IMG/VR virus record: IMGVR_UViG_3300011335_000296
Location: 1 to 34,241 of that record
Reading direction: 5' to 3' (one strand)
DNA from: a virus
Taxonomy: Duplodnaviria > Caudoviricetes
Length of the DNA: 34,241 nt
Below the pieces are notes generated by a model. That model saw only the letters and a program-made list of their open reading frames with translations. It was not told the origin of the DNA and did no database searches. Numbering within the stretch: the stretch's first letter is position 1; each line of letters starts with the position of its first letter. Shown one piece after another: positions 15,443-23,093 of this stretch. The translations under genes were made by a program, and so were the position numbers.

Positions 15443-16199
15443 CGAGTTGCTGAATTACTTTAAAGATTTCGTAAGCCACTTGCGGTACTATTGCATTTCC
15501 GTAACCCTTTAAAGATTCTTGTCGCCATTTAGAAAAGGTAATTCCGTCCAGTTCGGTGGGAAGCCCATCATCTCCGCCACAAATCGGGGATTCAGTTGGG
15601 AAGTTTTGGAAGTTTTGAATACTCTGGTTAATGTCATTGAGTGCATTGATCCCTCTTTGACTTGTGAACTCTTCATTGTCGCACTCGCATTCGTTGAGTC
15701 GAATACTGTTGGTGTTGGCAGCAATGAACCAAACTCTATCTCTGCGGTGTGGCGCACCGATGGCACAAGCAGGAAGTATAAACGGGATGACTTCATACCC
15801 TTCATTTTCCAATTCAGCGCACACCTCTTCGAAAACCAATCCCCCGTTCCAATTAGTGATTCCACGAACATTCTCCCCCACAACGTATGTCGGTTGAATC
15901 TCTTGAATTGCTCTAAGCATTTCAGGGAAGAGATGTCGCTCGTCCTCTTTCCCAAGTCGCTTTCCTGCTTGGCTATATGGTTGGCAAGGAAACCCGCCTG
16001 TGAGGATGTCAATTGTTTCTCTGTGAATAGTGAAATCTGTTTTTGTGATGTCTTCATAACTTATTGAATTTGAAAAATGATAATTTAAAACTTGGCGTGG
16101 GAATGGCATCCATTCACAATGAAATACGTTCTCCCAACCCATCCATTCTGCGGCTAAATCAAATCCACCGATTCCGCTAAAGAGTGATCCGTGCCTCAT
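15432..16199 (-). CDS. DNA cytosine-C5 methyltransferase, alpha polypeptide
   Basis: Motifs I (SLFSGIGG), IV (GGFPCQPYS), VI (ENV), VIII (HRRDRVW) and X (GNAIVP). Motif IX is absent. Confidence 0.92.
   Translation of the reverse strand: MRHGSLFSGIGGFDLAAEWMGWENVFHCEWMPFPRQVLNYHFSNSISYEDITKTDFTIHRETIDILTGGFPCQPYSQAGKRLGKEDERHLFPEMLRAIQEIQPTYVVGENVRGITNWNGGLVFEEVCAELENEGYEVIPFILPACAIGAPHRRDRVWFIAANTNSIRLNECECDNEEFTSQRGINALNDINQSIQNFQNFPTESPICGGDDGLPTELDGITFSKWRQESLKGYGNAIVPQVAYEIFKVIQQLDGN
15509..16057 (-). CDS. Overprinted C5 methyltransferase beta polypeptide
   Basis: 182-aa ATG ORF nested in the alpha gene in another frame. Carries LLPTPT and the motif IX-like LNPRFVAEMMGFPPNWT. Confidence 0.75.
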   Translation of the reverse strand: MKTSQKQISLFTEKQLTSSQAGFLANHIAKQESDLGKRTSDISSLKCLEQFKRFNRHTLWGRMFVESLIGTGDWFSKRCALNWKMKGMKSSRLYFLLVPSVRHTAEIEFGSLLPTPTVFDSTNASATMKSSQVKEGSMHSMTLTRVFKTSKTSQLNPRFVAEMMGFPPNWTELPFLNGDKNL

Positions 16200-16966
16200 A
16201 GTTTTTCTTTGATCCGTTGTTGTAGTATATGACTATCCATTATATCCGCATACAGCAAACGCATTATCCCTTGTCGAACTTCTAAATCAAAGTTCTCTTT
16301 TTCAATACGTTTCATATTCGTGACCGCGTAATTAGATAATCCCTTTTCACTGCATAGGTTTTGGAAGGACATAAACTTAAACTTTTTCCACTCGTCATCA
16401 CTCCAGCAGTCGGGATGAATCGCGCCAAGTTCTTCAAACTTCCGCATCATTGAGGGCGCAAGTAACATAACCGCAACCCTTTGCCCTTCTTTCCATCTTT
16501 TCAAATCACTTTCAAACATTGCTTTAAAGTCAACTGGCGTATCGTCTATTGTTGTTGTACCTATTGACAACTTGGCTTTCTTTCTGTCAATGTCCAAGTT
16601 CATTTGCATCTTGTGGATTTTATACGCGTTCAATACATCGGATAAGAATTGGATAGACATAAGACCATAGTGTTCAACACGTTTCCAAGCCATTCCAACC
16701 GCGTTGAGTTGGAACGCTAAACCAATCTCACCAATGGTAAAAAATCGATAAAACTGTTGTGCCGTGTCGTATAGCATCTGCGTTTCTTCGGGTGACGGAA
16801 GTTGTTTGATTCCGCTTATAACGATTCCCTTTGCAATTAACGATTTAAACATAGGTAAGGTGGATTCGCATACCTTTGTTTGATTTAACGCTTCGAGATA
16901 AGCGCGTTCATCATTGGTCAAGCCACTGCTGTAATGCTGACCTTTGTACTCTACCAAGTTGCTCAT
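16196..16966 (-). CDS. Hypothetical replication-module protein
   Basis: 256 aa, downstream of the initiator-like gene (helicase-loader position). Function inferred from position only. Confidence 0.55.
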   Translation of the reverse strand: MSNLVEYKGQHYSSGLTNDERAYLEALNQTKVCESTLPMFKSLIAKGIVISGIKQLPSPEETQMLYDTAQQFYRFFTIGEIGLAFQLNAVGMAWKRVEHYGLMSIQFLSDVLNAYKIHKMQMNLDIDRKKAKLSIGTTTIDDTPVDFKAMFESDLKRWKEGQRVAVMLLAPSMMRKFEELGAIHPDCWSDDEWKKFKFMSFQNLCSEKGLSNYAVTNMKRIEKENFDLEVRQGIMRLLYADIMDSHILQQRIKEKL

Positions 16967-17291
16967 TGTTGTTGTTTTTTATTGTTACAAATTTACTTAA
17001 ATCCCAAGCGGAACGCATTGCCGCTTTCCAATCTTTCATCTTGTTCTTGCCGTACTTCCAACCTGTATTGGTGTAATGGCTGATAAATACATCGGCAAAG
17101 TTAAGCGCATCTTCAGAACACGCAAATGGAACTCTCTCCAAAAAATACTCCCCCACCTGTTCCGCAGTCGGCGGTTGAAAGGTCGTTCTCGTTGTTTTTA
17201 AATTCAACGTGTGGGATTTCAATAGGTCTTCGAGATACGCTACCCTTAAGGTGAGTGAGTGTAGTTCTTCCTTTAATTCGTTTTTTTCCAT
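16911..17291 (-). CDS. Replication initiator C-terminal-like domain protein
   Basis: FQPPTAEQV...FISHYTNTGWKYGKNKMKDWKAAMR motif, typical of phage replication initiator C-termini. Confidence 0.7.
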   Translation of the reverse strand: MEKNELKEELHSLTLRVAYLEDLLKSHTLNLKTTRTTFQPPTAEQVGEYFLERVPFACSEDALNFADVFISHYTNTGWKYGKNKMKDWKAAMRSAWDLSKFVTIKNNNNEQLGRVQRSALQQWLDQ

Positions 17292-17742
17292 TTAGTTTTA
17301 GTTTTAATTCGTTGCAATTATAACCCAACTCCGCCATATATAAAAAAGAATCATCAATAAATATTTGCGTTGAGATATCGAACTGGTATAGATCAACCAT
17401 CTTCTTAAGCGAATGCAGAACCGTTGCGTGGTCTTGGTTTCTTATCGTCTTACCGATTTGAGATAATGTCATTTTTGTACCTGCATACAACAAAAGATAA
17501 GCGTTCGCCCTTGCATCTACAATATGTCTTTCGCGTGAACGTGCGCAAAGTTCCATTGCTGTGATGTCGTGAGCCTTACAAACTGCGCTCAATACATCAT
17601 TTTCAAATCCATCGAAATCGTCACCATTCTCAATTAACTCGATTAGTTCGGTTTGGTATTCGTTGGTGTATAGTTCTAAAAGTTCCTTTAAATTCCGTAC
17701 ACGGTATTTAATTATAAAGTCATTTAATTTACTCATTGTCAA
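17113..17742 (-). CDS. DnaA domain IV-like DNA-binding protein
   Basis: RSRERHIVDAR...TLSQIGK..RNQDHATVLHS matches the DnaA C-terminal signature. No AAA+ domain. Confidence 0.8.
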   Translation of the reverse strand: MTMSKLNDFIIKYRVRNLKELLELYTNEYQTELIELIENGDDFDGFENDVLSAVCKAHDITAMELCARSRERHIVDARANAYLLLYAGTKMTLSQIGKTIRNQDHATVLHSLKKMVDLYQFDISTQIFIDDSFLYMAELGYNCNELKLKLNGKKRIKGRTTLTHLKGSVSRRPIEIPHVEFKNNENDLSTADCGTGGGVFFGESSICVF

Positions 17743-17977
17743 ATAGTTTATTTAATTGTTGTGGTAATATGGTAGGATCAATATCGCATTTACCTATTGA
17801 TACCGCTACTTTATAAACCAAATTTGAAGAATTGATAATTTCTCTCGAAATGTTTGCAATAGCTTTAACTCTTTTCAATTCAATTTCCATTTTATCCAGA
17901 GTTAAATCTTCTTCGTTTAATCTTTCCAATGCCATAAACAAATGGTCATTGAGGTCACTTAATTTGTTTCGTGCCAT
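17729..17977 (-). CDS. Conserved phage hypothetical protein
   Basis: MARNKLSDLNDHLFMALERL...RVKAIA helical motif. Confidence 0.7.
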   Translation of the reverse strand: MARNKLSDLNDHLFMALERLNEEDLTLDKMEIELKRVKAIANISREIINSSNLVYKVAVSIGKCDIDPTILPQQLNKLFDNE

Positions 17978-18359
17978 TTTTTAATTCTTTTAATTTACGT
18001 GTTAATTTTATTTGTAGTCTTTTCGTTTCAATTACTTGTGGATTCTTATTTATAAAGTCATCCGATAACTTTCCTCTCCTTAAACATTGCATTACATATG
18101 TAATGTGTAAATCATTTACGTAACGAATATTAATTTCTTTTTTGACTTTTTTAATATATTCAAAATTATTTAGTTTCCATCGTTTAGCATTTTCAATGCA
18201 TTTTTCTCGATTCGCATAATAATATTTTTTGGTATTCAATGCAGCGCAAGATTTACAATGAGTGCTTATTCTAAATCTATTTCTTTGCTTTTCAAAAAAA
18301 TGTGAGAAATTGTCTAATGGTTGACTTATTTGACATTTATTGCAAATCTTAGTATTCAT
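17955..18359 (-). CDS. Zinc-finger (CxxC...CxxC) basic protein
   Basis: KICNKC...HCKSC ribbon like the N-terminus of HNH/endonuclease VII homing enzymes, but no nuclease motif. Confidence 0.65.
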   Translation of the reverse strand: MNTKICNKCQISQPLDNFSHFFEKQRNRFRISTHCKSCAALNTKKYYYANREKCIENAKRWKLNNFEYIKKVKKEINIRYVNDLHITYVMQCLRRGKLSDDFINKNPQVIETKRLQIKLTRKLKELKNGTKQIK

Positions 18360-18589
18360 TCATCACCTTCGTGTTTTATTGTTCGTTGTTCGCTTTCCAG
18401 TATAATATTCACAACCTCTTTGATGTTGACTTCGGCAAACTTTGCAACTTTTGATATGTCGCAAACGTGCATCGTCATTGGTTGCTCGTGCCATCTTTTC
18501 GCTTGGCTAAACGATATTCCCATTGCTTTCGCAAGGTTCGATGTGTTACCGAACCAAGCGAAAACGAATGTCTCCCATTTACTTTTCAT
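18356..18589 (-). CDS. Small HTH (Cro-like) protein
   Basis: FGNTSNLAKAMGISFSQAKRW helix-turn-helix pattern. Confidence 0.6.
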   Translation of the reverse strand: MKSKWETFVFAWFGNTSNLAKAMGISFSQAKRWHEQPMTMHVCDISKVAKFAEVNIKEVVNIILESEQRTIKHEGDE

Positions 18590-18893
18590 TTACAACCTCC
18601 TGCTTAATAATTTTCTTTTGATACTTAACCGCGTTGTGGTTTATAGCAATTTCCAAAAGATTCATAATGTCAGTAGCTGTGCCGTAGTTGACAATTCTAA
18701 TGTCTTTGTCAAGGATCAATTCATTGCCATTATCTACTAAAGTCAAGCAAACTTTGTTTCTATGCTCTGGACTCCAACCTTCATCGTCATTGGTAGATAG
18801 TACAAATTTTCTTTTCTTTTCTAAATCAATAACTTTGACTACGTGGGTTTCAATCCATTCCTTGTCTAATTTTTCGATAATTGTGTAGTTCAT
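18579..18893 (-). CDS. Hypothetical protein
   Basis: 104-aa ORF within the leftward operon. Confidence 0.65.
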   Translation of the reverse strand: MNYTIIEKLDKEWIETHVVKVIDLEKKRKFVLSTNDDEGWSPEHRNKVCLTLVDNGNELILDKDIRIVNYGTATDIMNLLEIAINHNAVKYQKKIIKQEVVNEK

Positions 18894-18928
18894 AATAATG
18901 GTTTTAAGATTTTAATTGTTTCGTGCAT

Positions 18929-19378
18929 TCAAAACGGAAGGTCATCGTTGTCCATCTTCGCGTTGGAGTTCGCGTTGTCTTTGGCATCGTCAGTTAAGCC
19001 AACTCCAGTCAGTAAATACTTTTCGAACAACTGCGCCACCTCAATAACCTTTGCAGGATTGTCGGAATGATTCATATCAACTGAAGCCTTCAACGCTACC
19101 GCACGTGCAATAGATTCATCCTTGTCTTTTGAGTTGTTAGATGAATAGTTACCGCCATTGCTTGGTGCATATGTGCGTTGTTCTTGCACCCATTTAATCT
19201 TGTGACCTCTACCGCTTGGGGTAATGTCGTAAGATTTCTCATCACCAACCGCGAATGGTGGGGTTTGTGATTTACTAAACACCGTTCCAGTGTCGTTGTT
19301 ATCCATAGTTACTTCGAACTTGAACAAGTCGTTCCAAGTTCCATTGCCTTGGATGTGCGTGATTTTCGCTTTTTTCAT
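18929..19378 (-). CDS. Single-stranded DNA-binding-like protein
   Basis: OB-fold-like beta N-terminus and acidic C-terminal DNDDLPF tail. Confidence 0.6.
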   Translation of the reverse strand: MKKAKITHIQGNGTWNDLFKFEVTMDNNDTGTVFSKSQTPPFAVGDEKSYDITPSGRGHKIKWVQEQRTYAPSNGGNYSSNNSKDKDESIARAVALKASVDMNHSDNPAKVIEVAQLFEKYLLTGVGLTDDAKDNANSNAKMDNDDLPF

Positions 19379-19385
19379 TTTTGAT

Positions 19386-19616
19386 TTATTTAATTGTTAA
19401 ATTGTTTTCAGTGTCTGTTGAACCTATCGCCCAAAATTCGGGGTATAGTATCGGATGAATGGATGCGTGGTTATCCGTGCAGGTCTTGCACCAATCTTCG
19501 GAATCTTCGATACTTAACCAAACTTGGTGAAGTTCGTATTCGGTAACCTTTGATCCGCAGTTTTGACATTTACACCATTCAATAGGCGTTTCGGGTGGGT
19601 TTACTCTATCTAACAT
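19386..19616 (-). CDS. Small zinc-finger protein
   Basis: CQNC...CKTC pairs. Confidence 0.65.
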   Translation of the reverse strand: MLDRVNPPETPIEWCKCQNCGSKVTEYELHQVWLSIEDSEDWCKTCTDNHASIHPILYPEFWAIGSTDTENNLTIK

Positions 19617-19770
19617 AAGTTCTTTCAGTTAATAGTTCGGTCATCCTTTCGAGTGGGCTACGCGGTACACTATTCGCAATGTGCTGCGCGAGTTGATTGT
19701 AGTCCAGTTTCTCGGTTGGATAACTTGCGGATTGTACGCAAATGAATTTTCTTGGGTAATTACTTTGCAT
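19606..19770 (-). CDS. Hypothetical protein (54 aa, MQSNYPRKFICVQSASYP...)
   Basis: Translated by hand. Overlaps both neighbours by 11 nt. Confidence 0.6.
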   Translation of the reverse strand: MQSNYPRKFICVQSASYPTEKLDYNQLAQHIANSVPRSPLERMTELLTERTYVR

Positions 19771-19912
19771 TGTTAATGGCTTTTAAAGTTGTTTCTTTGT
19801 CTTGTTCGGTCAAAAAGATTCCGCTTGGATTGTAATTCTCAACTGCGCTCTTCAAAAAGATTAGTTCAGTGTAAGTCAACTCAACTATCCATTTGTCTTG
19901 ATTCTTTGCCAT
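19760..19912 (-). CDS. Hypothetical protein (50 aa, MAKNQDKWIVELTYTE...)
   Basis: Translated by hand. Starts 2 nt after the upstream stop. Confidence 0.6.
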   Translation of the reverse strand: MAKNQDKWIVELTYTELIFLKSAVENYNPSGIFLTEQDKETTLKAINNAK

Positions 19913-19914
19913 AG

Positions 19915-20127
19915 TTAGATGATTTCAAAGATAAAGATTTCATCGCGAAAAGGAGAGGTTGCAGGGGTCATTGGGTCGTAAGCAAATGCCCATCCGTCTT
20001 GGTCAACTCTAACATCCAAGTTCATTTCACTTGCGTGACGTTGTACTGATTGGTTGGCATCCTCGATTGTTGGGAAGTTAAAACTCTTTTTAACTGATCC
20101 TTCTGTGTAAATGTGAACTGTGTACAT
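19915..20127 (-). CDS. Hypothetical early protein
   Basis: ATG 20127 lies downstream of the promoter with an A-rich leader. The longer start at 20181 lies inside the promoter. Confidence 0.65.
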   Translation of the reverse strand: MYTVHIYTEGSVKKSFNFPTIEDANQSVQRHASEMNLDVRVDQDGWAFAYDPMTPATSPFRDEIFIFEII

Positions 20128-20159
20128 AATTGTGTTTTTTAAATTGTTCGTTTGTTTGG

Positions 20160-20189
20160 CAAAGTTAAACACAAATTCCATAATGTCAA
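20160..20189 (-). promoter_or_regulatory. Leftward early promoter, Bacteroidota type
   Basis: Minus strand reads TTG-N19-TAACTTTG, an exact -33/-7 consensus. Confidence 0.8.
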
Positions 20190-20278
20190 GAAAAACTTTG
20201 AAAAAAATAAAACTATTTTCACTTTTGTAGTATTTGCAAGGGTTTTAGACGCAAGATTTTTTTAGATTTACTTAAAAT

Positions 20279-20674
20279 ATGAAGCAGAAAATACTTAATA
20301 GTGTTAAGCCACGTGCTAAAAAACCCTTTTCAGGTGAAGCAGGGTTACAAGTTGCGGTAATTCAGTATCTCAAAATGGCTTATCCTACCGCTATTTACTG
20401 CGCTTCAGCAGGCGGTATGTTTACGAGTATGAAACAAGCGATAAAGATGAAGGCTACTGGATACGTTAAAGGATTCCCCGACTTACAAATCTGCGAACCC
20501 AACGAAAAATACCACGGCTTATTCATTGAATTGAAGACATCTAAAGGGGTTGCAAGTAAGGAACAAAAGGAATGGATCAAAACACTAAACAAAAAGGGAT
20601 ATTACGCGTCTATATCTAAAGGCTTTGATGAAGCAAAAGAAGTAATTGATGGATATTTCAACGGATCAATATAA
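20279..20674 (+). CDS. VRR-NUC domain nuclease
   Basis: E..LQ, GYVKGFPDL, LFIELK and SKEQKEW PD-(D/E)xK motifs. Confidence 0.88.
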   Translation: MKQKILNSVKPRAKKPFSGEAGLQVAVIQYLKMAYPTAIYCASAGGMFTSMKQAIKMKATGYVKGFPDLQICEPNEKYHGLFIELKTSKGVASKEQKEWIKTLNKKGYYASISKGFDEAKEVIDGYFNGSI

Positions 20675-21143
20675 TAAATACCGCGCATTTGCTCGGTCAA
20701 TCGCTGGTAATACATATGATGGTGATGAACTTTTGCACTCTACATTATTGAATATCCTTGAATCCAACCGTATTGAAATCAAAGACCAAGACAACTACAT
20801 CATCTGCTCACTCAAATGGGAATACACGCGCCCACGTACACGTTTTAAAAAGTTAGTAGGTGAGTTTCAAAGTAATTGGAAAGACCTTGAGCCATTTCAA
20901 TTCGAGATTGCTATAAATGCCAACGGTGAAACGTGGGTTGGTAGTCGATTAACCAATGAACAACTTGACATCCTTATTAGCCGCCTTCCATCATTTGAGC
21001 GCGATGTGTTTCAACTATATGTAATGAGTGACTTTAGTTATCGAGAGTTAAGCGAGGAAACGGGAATACCCGTATCTTATCTATATGACACAGTTAAACG
21101 TGCCAAAGAAGAAATAAAGAAATCTATAAAGTATGACGAATAA
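20646..21143 (+). CDS. ECF-like sigma factor/late transcription regulator
   Basis: Region 2-like GDELLHSTLL and region 4-like LPSFERDVFQLY...FSYRELSEETGIP HTH. Confidence 0.75.
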   Translation: MMDISTDQYNKYRAFARSIAGNTYDGDELLHSTLLNILESNRIEIKDQDNYIICSLKWEYTRPRTRFKKLVGEFQSNWKDLEPFQFEIAINANGETWVGSRLTNEQLDILISRLPSFERDVFQLYVMSDFSYRELSEETGIPVSYLYDTVKRAKEEIKKSIKYDE

Positions 21144-21624
21144 AGAAATGTTTAATTATCGGATGGAGATATGCAATGCGTGTCCGATATTCAACAAGAC
21201 CACGCGAACTTGTGGAACTCCATTAAACAAGTTAAACCCATTTGCAGAGTGGCACGAAATGAATGGAGTTAGGTTTAAACCTTGCGGCTGCTTTATGGAC
21301 GTTAAGGCAAGAATGGCTTTACAAGAATGTCCTGCTGGTCTTTGGGGTGCGGTTGTGGATTCAAACATAATTGAAGAAGCAAAGGAACTGATTAAAGTAA
21401 TTAAGGAAAGCGGAAAGGTTACAGGCGAACAACGAAAGGTATTAGGTCAACTCAAAGGGATCATTCAAGGCGGTAAGGCAGTATCACTTCGCCATTGCGT
21501 TGGATGTGTAAACAAGTTAGTGGATGAGTTAGGTCACCAACTTAAAAGAGAGGAAATCGAATTGATAAATGAAGTCGAACAACCACAACCCAAGAAACGT
21601 GGACGAAGAAAACGAGCACAATGA
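21133..21624 (+). CDS. Cys-rich metal-binding protein (DUF6171-like)
   Basis: RMEICNACP...CGCFMDVKA...CPAGLW plus a second CVGC motif and a basic tail. Confidence 0.6.
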   Translation: MTNKEMFNYRMEICNACPIFNKTTRTCGTPLNKLNPFAEWHEMNGVRFKPCGCFMDVKARMALQECPAGLWGAVVDSNIIEEAKELIKVIKESGKVTGEQRKVLGQLKGIIQGGKAVSLRHCVGCVNKLVDELGHQLKREEIELINEVEQPQPKKRGRRKRAQ

Positions 21625-21809
21625 TGAGCCTTCTACATTTTTGTTTTATTGTGTATGGCACGATCGCCTTACTACTTTTTGGATTTATCATAATACAGAT
21701 GCGGTCAAGATGGATTCCTTTTTCAATTGAAAACTTTTTAGGTGCATTTACCGCTTCTGCCTTGTGGCTCTATGTCTTAATCAAAACTTTGTTTACTAAA
21801 AGTGAATAA
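21621..21809 (+). CDS. Small two-TM membrane protein
   Basis: ATGA overlap with the previous gene and two hydrophobic helices. Confidence 0.65.
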   Translation: MMSLLHFCFIVYGTIALLLFGFIIIQMRSRWIPFSIENFLGAFTASALWLYVLIKTLFTKSE

Positions 21810-21860
21810 ATAAATCGTTGTAATTTGAGGCAACTATTGTTTTTTATTGCATCTTTGTAG

Positions 21861-22251
21861 TGTTCAGGTATTAGCGATATGTCCCCCTTTCATTCTAACC
21901 CTGAACAGTTAAAATGATTGGGGGATTTTTCTTTGATGTGTGAATAAGGTTTTTTCCTGTTTTAATCCCTTGCTATGTAACTATAATTAAGTAGCAAATA
22001 AAAGCAATTGTGAAAAGAACCGCTATTCCGAGTTGGTAACGAAAGTGAGATTTCTTGGATAGCGAATAACATCGGTTAAATTGAATCTACGCAATGCAGA
22101 GGTGCAACGTAGTGGTGAAGGGAAACTAAAGATACCTACCGATGCCAGAGCCTAACTGGAACTTTTGGACAATGAGTACTTATCAGTTATAGTTAAAGAG
22201 ATAAGTAAAAGGATAGAATTTTGATTGTAGTTTATTTCAATCTTTATTCAC
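21861..22251 (+). ncRNA. Candidate large structured non-coding RNA (unclassified)
   Basis: Largest ORF-free gap in the genome, with nested long-range stems and at least six internal hairpins (see findings). Strand inferred from G-U pairs, a GAAA loop and an upstream promoter-like CATCTTTG. Confidence 0.55.
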
Positions 22252-22285
22252 CTAAAAACCTAACTATGCACATAAATGAAATGAT

Positions 22286-22522
22286 ATGAAAAGAAAAGAA
22301 ATGAGAGCCGAACTATTTGAAAAGATGCTGTCCGATTACGCGGATCAAAATGATATAGTTTGGAAACGAATAGCAAAACCGCATTTTCGGGTTATATCTC
22401 CAACTATGACCGTAGACATTTTTACAACAGGTTTAAAGTATCATATTATTGAAACCAATAGCAGAGGTTCACTAACTGATTTAAATGATGCTATGAACCT
22501 TGTTAGATTCATAAATAATTGA
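22286..22522 (+). CDS. Hypothetical protein
   Basis: 78-aa ORF; PHFRV...VDIFTT...SRG pattern. Confidence 0.65.
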   Translation: MKRKEMRAELFEKMLSDYADQNDIVWKRIAKPHFRVISPTMTVDIFTTGLKYHIIETNSRGSLTDLNDAMNLVRFINN

Positions 22523-22545
22523 TTATATTTGTAATAGATAACAAT

Positions 22546-22749
22546 ATGAAAAGATACATAATTCATAAAAGTGAAAATGGTAAAAGTTTTGTTTGGAAGA
22601 TAGTGGATGGTGTTAGCCAATTAGCCATTCATAATGACCTAATCTTTTTTAACGCTGAAAATAATGATCCGTTGGCAGTTGTCAAAGTTTGCGAAAATAT
22701 ACTAATTGTAAGAGATATTGAAAATGATAATACTACCAGCACAAATTGA
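22546..22749 (+). CDS. Hypothetical protein
   Basis: ATG 22546 is preceded by a TATATTTG -7 element at 22524-22531. Confidence 0.6.
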   Translation: MKRYIIHKSENGKSFVWKIVDGVSQLAIHNDLIFFNAENNDPLAVVKVCENILIVRDIENDNTTSTN

Positions 22750-23080
22750 ATCTATCAAAAGTCGTAAGGATAGAACAACGGCTATTGTAATTGGCACTAA
22801 TGAATTAACTCCCGATAAGGCAGGGCAAATATTCAGCCTTCAAAATTCGTTTGTTTACGTTGCTCTAAAAGAAGAGGAGTTTGCGTCTAAAGAGAAAGAG
22901 ATTATAGACGACCTTAAAGCGGACTTTGAGATAGAGCGCAAGAGTAATGGTCAACGATTAAGGAACGTGCTGTATAAGTTATGGGAACAAGACAAAGAAG
23001 GGTTCTTGACCTTTGCCAAGTATTATGACCATAAGATGGAGCAGTTAATAAATCACTTTAAAAGTAAGTTAGAACTATAA
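22718..23080 (+). CDS. Conserved phage hypothetical protein
   Basis: SRKDRT...QRLRNVLYKLWEQ...YYDHKMEQLI pattern, upstream of the small terminase-like gene. Confidence 0.7.
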   Translation: MKMIILPAQIESIKSRKDRTTAIVIGTNELTPDKAGQIFSLQNSFVYVALKEEEFASKEKEIIDDLKADFEIERKSNGQRLRNVLYKLWEQDKEGFLTFAKYYDHKMEQLINHFKSKLEL

Positions 23081-23093
23081 ATTATTGTCAGTT

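Noticed and set aside
15519-16067. 182-aa plus-strand ORF antisense to the methyltransferase
   Set aside because: No recognisable motif or start context; best explained as a shadow of the doubly constrained minus-strand coding.
17955-18359. HNH homing endonuclease
   Set aside because: Only the zinc ribbon is present; no HNH or endonuclease VII catalytic motif.
12999-20127. Alternative genetic code or stop-codon reassignment
   Set aside because: Standard code 11 tiles the genome densely, with TAA, TAG and TGA all ending genes.
21810-22285. tRNA, tmRNA, CRISPR array or group I intron in the large gap
   Set aside because: No cloverleaf with a T-loop, no repeat-spacer periodicity, flanking ORFs are not interrupted, and no clear P7 core.
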